In this document: positions 61,375-64,000 of the stretch, piece by piece
Layout: each line of letters opens with the position of its first letter
Position numbering within the stretch: position 1 is the stretch's first letter
IMG/VR virus record: IMGVR_UViG_3300022777_000031
Span: 10,204 to 74,203 of that record
Source: a virus
Strand: one strand, 5' to 3'
DNA length: 64,000 bases
Notes under the pieces: model-generated
Told to the model about the DNA's origin: nothing
Databases searched by the model: none
Seen by the model: the letters and a program-made list of their open reading frames with translations, nothing else
Position numbers and translations under genes: made by a program

Positions 61375-63593
61375 GTCTTAGCAGTCTTTTTTCTACATTT
61401 CCAAAGTTCGTCGACGAAGAGCTTGATCGGCGAAAAGATCGGGACAGCCTTCAAGACCCGAAAACGCCGTGGATGCGTATGGCTTCTGGATTCAAACCGG
61501 AAGATGGAGAGCGCCGTGTGCTTATGGGCGGCGACCTTTCACTCAATCAAAAGCTCAAGTTTGGATTCGAAGACTTGTATGAAGAGCAAGCTGCCACAGG
61601 AGAAAAGTACAGGCCCGAACCAACGATTACTGGAATCACCGTCGACGAGCAGTTGGAGTCTTTTGAGTGCAGCGTGGAGTGGACGGCAAACTCGATTAGC
61701 CAGGTCGAAGAGCTGTTCCCGTTCTTCATGAACCTTGGAGCGACGGTGATCGTGGACTTCGGATGGTCGGATGTTCCTTCAGATGCTATAATCGATGTGT
61801 CTAAAGAGGCGCCATTTGCCGAACAGTTCAAGCAGCTCGATAAAAGTATGTCGAAAAAGCAAGCGGAGTCTGCGAATCCGCAAACCGCACCTGCTGGAAT
61901 CAGTCGGTACAATCACCCGAAGTACAAGCAGCTCGCCAAAGGACAAGGCCGCTATTCTTTTGTCGCCGGATACATTTCCAACTTTTCATACAGTCCAGAC
62001 GGAAACGGCCAGTACTCCTGCACTACGGAGGTTATGAGCATTTCCAAGGCACTCGCCAAACTCTCCACGCACACACAGGAGTACAAAAGGAAAAAGCCCA
62101 AAGACAGTCACGATGAGGCGCTTTTGGAGTGGGTTGAAGGGAATCTTGAGAAACACTTGAAAGTGAAAAGTGATAGTCGGCCGAAAGAAGTTGTGGAGGT
62201 CGACGGCGGCAAAGAGTTGAACCGTCGTGAAGATGCTGTTCCCAACCACACGTATTACCTGAGTTGGCGGGAGATTGAATACATCATAAACGAGCACATT
62301 GGGCTTGAGAGTAACAACACTGCAGCGGGGAAGCTTCGGAATGTCGAATTGAACTCCGCGGGATCGGTGATTTCGAACTACGAAGCAGAGAGTAGTGGTG
62401 ACGTTCCTTTACAACTTCGTTCAATGGATCCGCTTGTTTGTGCGGTTGACGTTGGCGGGCAAAGCGACTTGTTCCGCAACTTCACAAAGAAGAGTATGAA
62501 GACGGGAATCTCCGAAAACTATCCGGCGGCTCCGTCCGATTGGCTTGACAGTGGATTCAATATCGATAAGAAGAAGCAAGGGCTTCTGTATAACCTCTAC
62601 GTCGAGTACCAGCTTTTCGTCGACGCCCTTGAGAAGAACAAGACGATATTTCAAGCACTCCAGTATATGTTGGAGAGGTGTTCACAAGCATGTTTCGACA
62701 TCTGGGACTTCAAGATCGTGATTGACTCCAACAGTGCGAGAGTCATCGATACAAACATGACGACGAACAATACTGCGAACTCAATCCTCAATACAAGTGG
62801 AGAAGAGCACGTGTTTCTTCCGAACACCCGACAAACAGTTTTGCGGGACTTCAACTTCGACACAAATCTTGATGACGCGATTAAGGGACAGATTGTTTTC
62901 CAGAACCGAGCTGAACTGGACTCTGAATCAAGTGGTGGAGACGGATCGGGAGAAGGTCCAGCGACGAACTTTCGAGATGACTCTACGGCGAAGTTCTTTG
63001 AAAAAACATTCTCCGGAAAGGATATTGTGCTTGGAGGGGGAGAAAGACCGAGCAAGAGCGAAATCGCCAAGTCCCAAAAGAAAAAACAAAGTCACGATAC
63101 CTCGAAGTTTGAGTTTTCCGCCCCACTTGACGTGACCAGAGAAGAGGCTGCCTATGAGTTCCTTGGCCTTGGAATTGGCACAGAGAAACCCGACTACAAG
63201 AAAATGAGGCGGGAGGTGGAAAAGACAGTTGAGCAGCAAGGGGAAACTACGAAGTATTTGTTCTACACCGCAGACACGAGTGGGTCTTCCTTCGCTCCGA
63301 AGTTTTCGCGAAAGCTGCAGTCAAGCACTGGCCAGAAATCTCCGGTGAACTCCAACAACGTTATCAACATTGACGCACAACTTACGCTAGCCGGAATTGG
63401 TGGGTTTTCCGCTTACCAAGTGCTTGAGATCAAAAACATTCCGCAGATATTTAATAACGTCGGGGTATTCCAAGTCGATACGGTTTCACACAGTGTTTCA
63501 ATCGATGATTGGACGACGGAACTGAAGACTTCATTTGTGGTGAAGAACACAATTGGAGGGGGGTTTGGTAGCAGCAGCAATCAAAGCTCATGA
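61371..63593 (+). CDS. Baseplate hub protein (gp27-like)
   Basis: P.ITGITV..CSVEW..MNLGATVIVDFGWS; C-terminal LTLAGIGGF..F.V..VSHSV...WTTEL. Confidence 0.7.
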   Translation: MSLSSLFSTFPKFVDEELDRRKDRDSLQDPKTPWMRMASGFKPEDGERRVLMGGDLSLNQKLKFGFEDLYEEQAATGEKYRPEPTITGITVDEQLESFECSVEWTANSISQVEELFPFFMNLGATVIVDFGWSDVPSDAIIDVSKEAPFAEQFKQLDKSMSKKQAESANPQTAPAGISRYNHPKYKQLAKGQGRYSFVAGYISNFSYSPDGNGQYSCTTEVMSISKALAKLSTHTQEYKRKKPKDSHDEALLEWVEGNLEKHLKVKSDSRPKEVVEVDGGKELNRREDAVPNHTYYLSWREIEYIINEHIGLESNNTAAGKLRNVELNSAGSVISNYEAESSGDVPLQLRSMDPLVCAVDVGGQSDLFRNFTKKSMKTGISENYPAAPSDWLDSGFNIDKKKQGLLYNLYVEYQLFVDALEKNKTIFQALQYMLERCSQACFDIWDFKIVIDSNSARVIDTNMTTNNTANSILNTSGEEHVFLPNTRQTVLRDFNFDTNLDDAIKGQIVFQNRAELDSESSGGDGSGEGPATNFRDDSTAKFFEKTFSGKDIVLGGGERPSKSEIAKSQKKKQSHDTSKFEFSAPLDVTREEAAYEFLGLGIGTEKPDYKKMRREVEKTVEQQGETTKYLFYTADTSGSSFAPKFSRKLQSSTGQKSPVNSNNVINIDAQLTLAGIGGFSAYQVLEIKNIPQIFNNVGVFQVDTVSHSVSIDDWTTELKTSFVVKNTIGGGFGSSSNQSS

Positions 63594-64000
63594 GCACAGA
63601 AGCACAAAGTTTACGAAACCTTCAAAAGAAGCGGCGATACCGTTATGCTGTGGGGTATGTAATCGAACAGGAAGGCAAAGAGCCGGTCGAGAGGCTCGTG
63701 AGAGACGGCACGATGTCTCGTTTTGGCGTTCGGCAAGAGTGGGTACCGGCGACCGACCTCGAAGACCTCACTCGCACTGAAGCCGAAGAGCTTTTGCGAG
63801 AGCGGGAGTGGCAGTTCTACAACTACGACAAGATTGATGGCCTCACGATCCCAACGAAGATTTTCGACACGCACATTCTCTTCTCTCCGGATACGGCGAT
63901 TGGCGAAGCCGAATCAGCTCTTGAAGCGGCGGGATTTGAAGTTCCCGAAACCTCGACGCTGGACTTTCACACCCGAAACACAATCGAAGAAATCGATGCC
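63590..64000 (+). CDS. Hypothetical protein, partial (runs off the window)
   Basis: ATGA-coupled; open to the end: MSTEAQSLRNLQKKRRYRYAVGYVIEQ... Confidence 0.55.
   Translation, partial: MSTEAQSLRNLQKKRRYRYAVGYVIEQEGKEPVERLVRDGTMSRFGVRQEWVPATDLEDLTRTEAEELLREREWQFYNYDKIDGLTIPTKIFDTHILFSPDTAIGEAESALEAAGFEVPETSTLDFHTRNTIEEIDA

Noticed and set aside
9234-63593. Genome-wide TAG-to-Gln recoding (code 15)
   Set aside because: The long structural ORFs (1558, 1440, 1819 aa) contain no in-frame TAG, and several genes end cleanly in TAG at the next gene's start. Only the two endonucleases are interrupted.

Overview
This is a 64-kb segment of a large myovirus-type (contractile-tail, T4-superfamily-like) bacteriophage. 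The strongly acidic proteins, CAA-rich leaders largely lacking Shine-Dalgarno sites and bacterial hallmarks (tmRNA, OmpR-type DNA-binding domain, TATAAT promoters) suggest a halophilic Bacteroidota/Rhodothermota-like host; that host assignment is inference. Two virion-structure blocks are present. The first (~9.2-25 kb) has neck, adaptor and terminator genes, two tail sheaths (one with six Ig-like inserts) and an FN3-repeat protein. The second (41.5 kb and 49.6-64 kb) has the tail tube, a tail assembly chaperone with a U9 slippery site, the tape measure, a 1819-aa repeat/tube-initiator protein and baseplate genes. An early accessory region (27-41 kb) is punctuated by a conserved CGTGTAAG-N4-TGCATTAT promoter. 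Translation and RNA-repair genes include Thg1, an aaRS-II-like protein, an HD-kinase, a 2H phosphoesterase, a tmRNA and a tRNA-like element. Selfish elements include a class 3 intein, a mini-intein, a group I intron in the tmRNA with an antisense LAGLIDADG gene and five free-standing endonucleases. Three observations stand out. (i) Three paralogous GIY-YIG genes each sit behind a sequence-unrelated but architecturally equivalent promoter / interlocked-helix / terminator / anti-RBS leader. (ii) One of these cassettes sits at the 3' end of the SNF2 helicase gene, with a second, orphaned copy of the helicase C-terminus directly after the endonuclease stop, as if it supplied a recoded replacement end. 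(iii) About 15 proteins share a MKLTESKLRxIIREELxxLxE module fused to unrelated payloads, a probable capsid-packaging/protease-release address tag. All calls come from reading motifs by eye; no database searches or folding programs were run.
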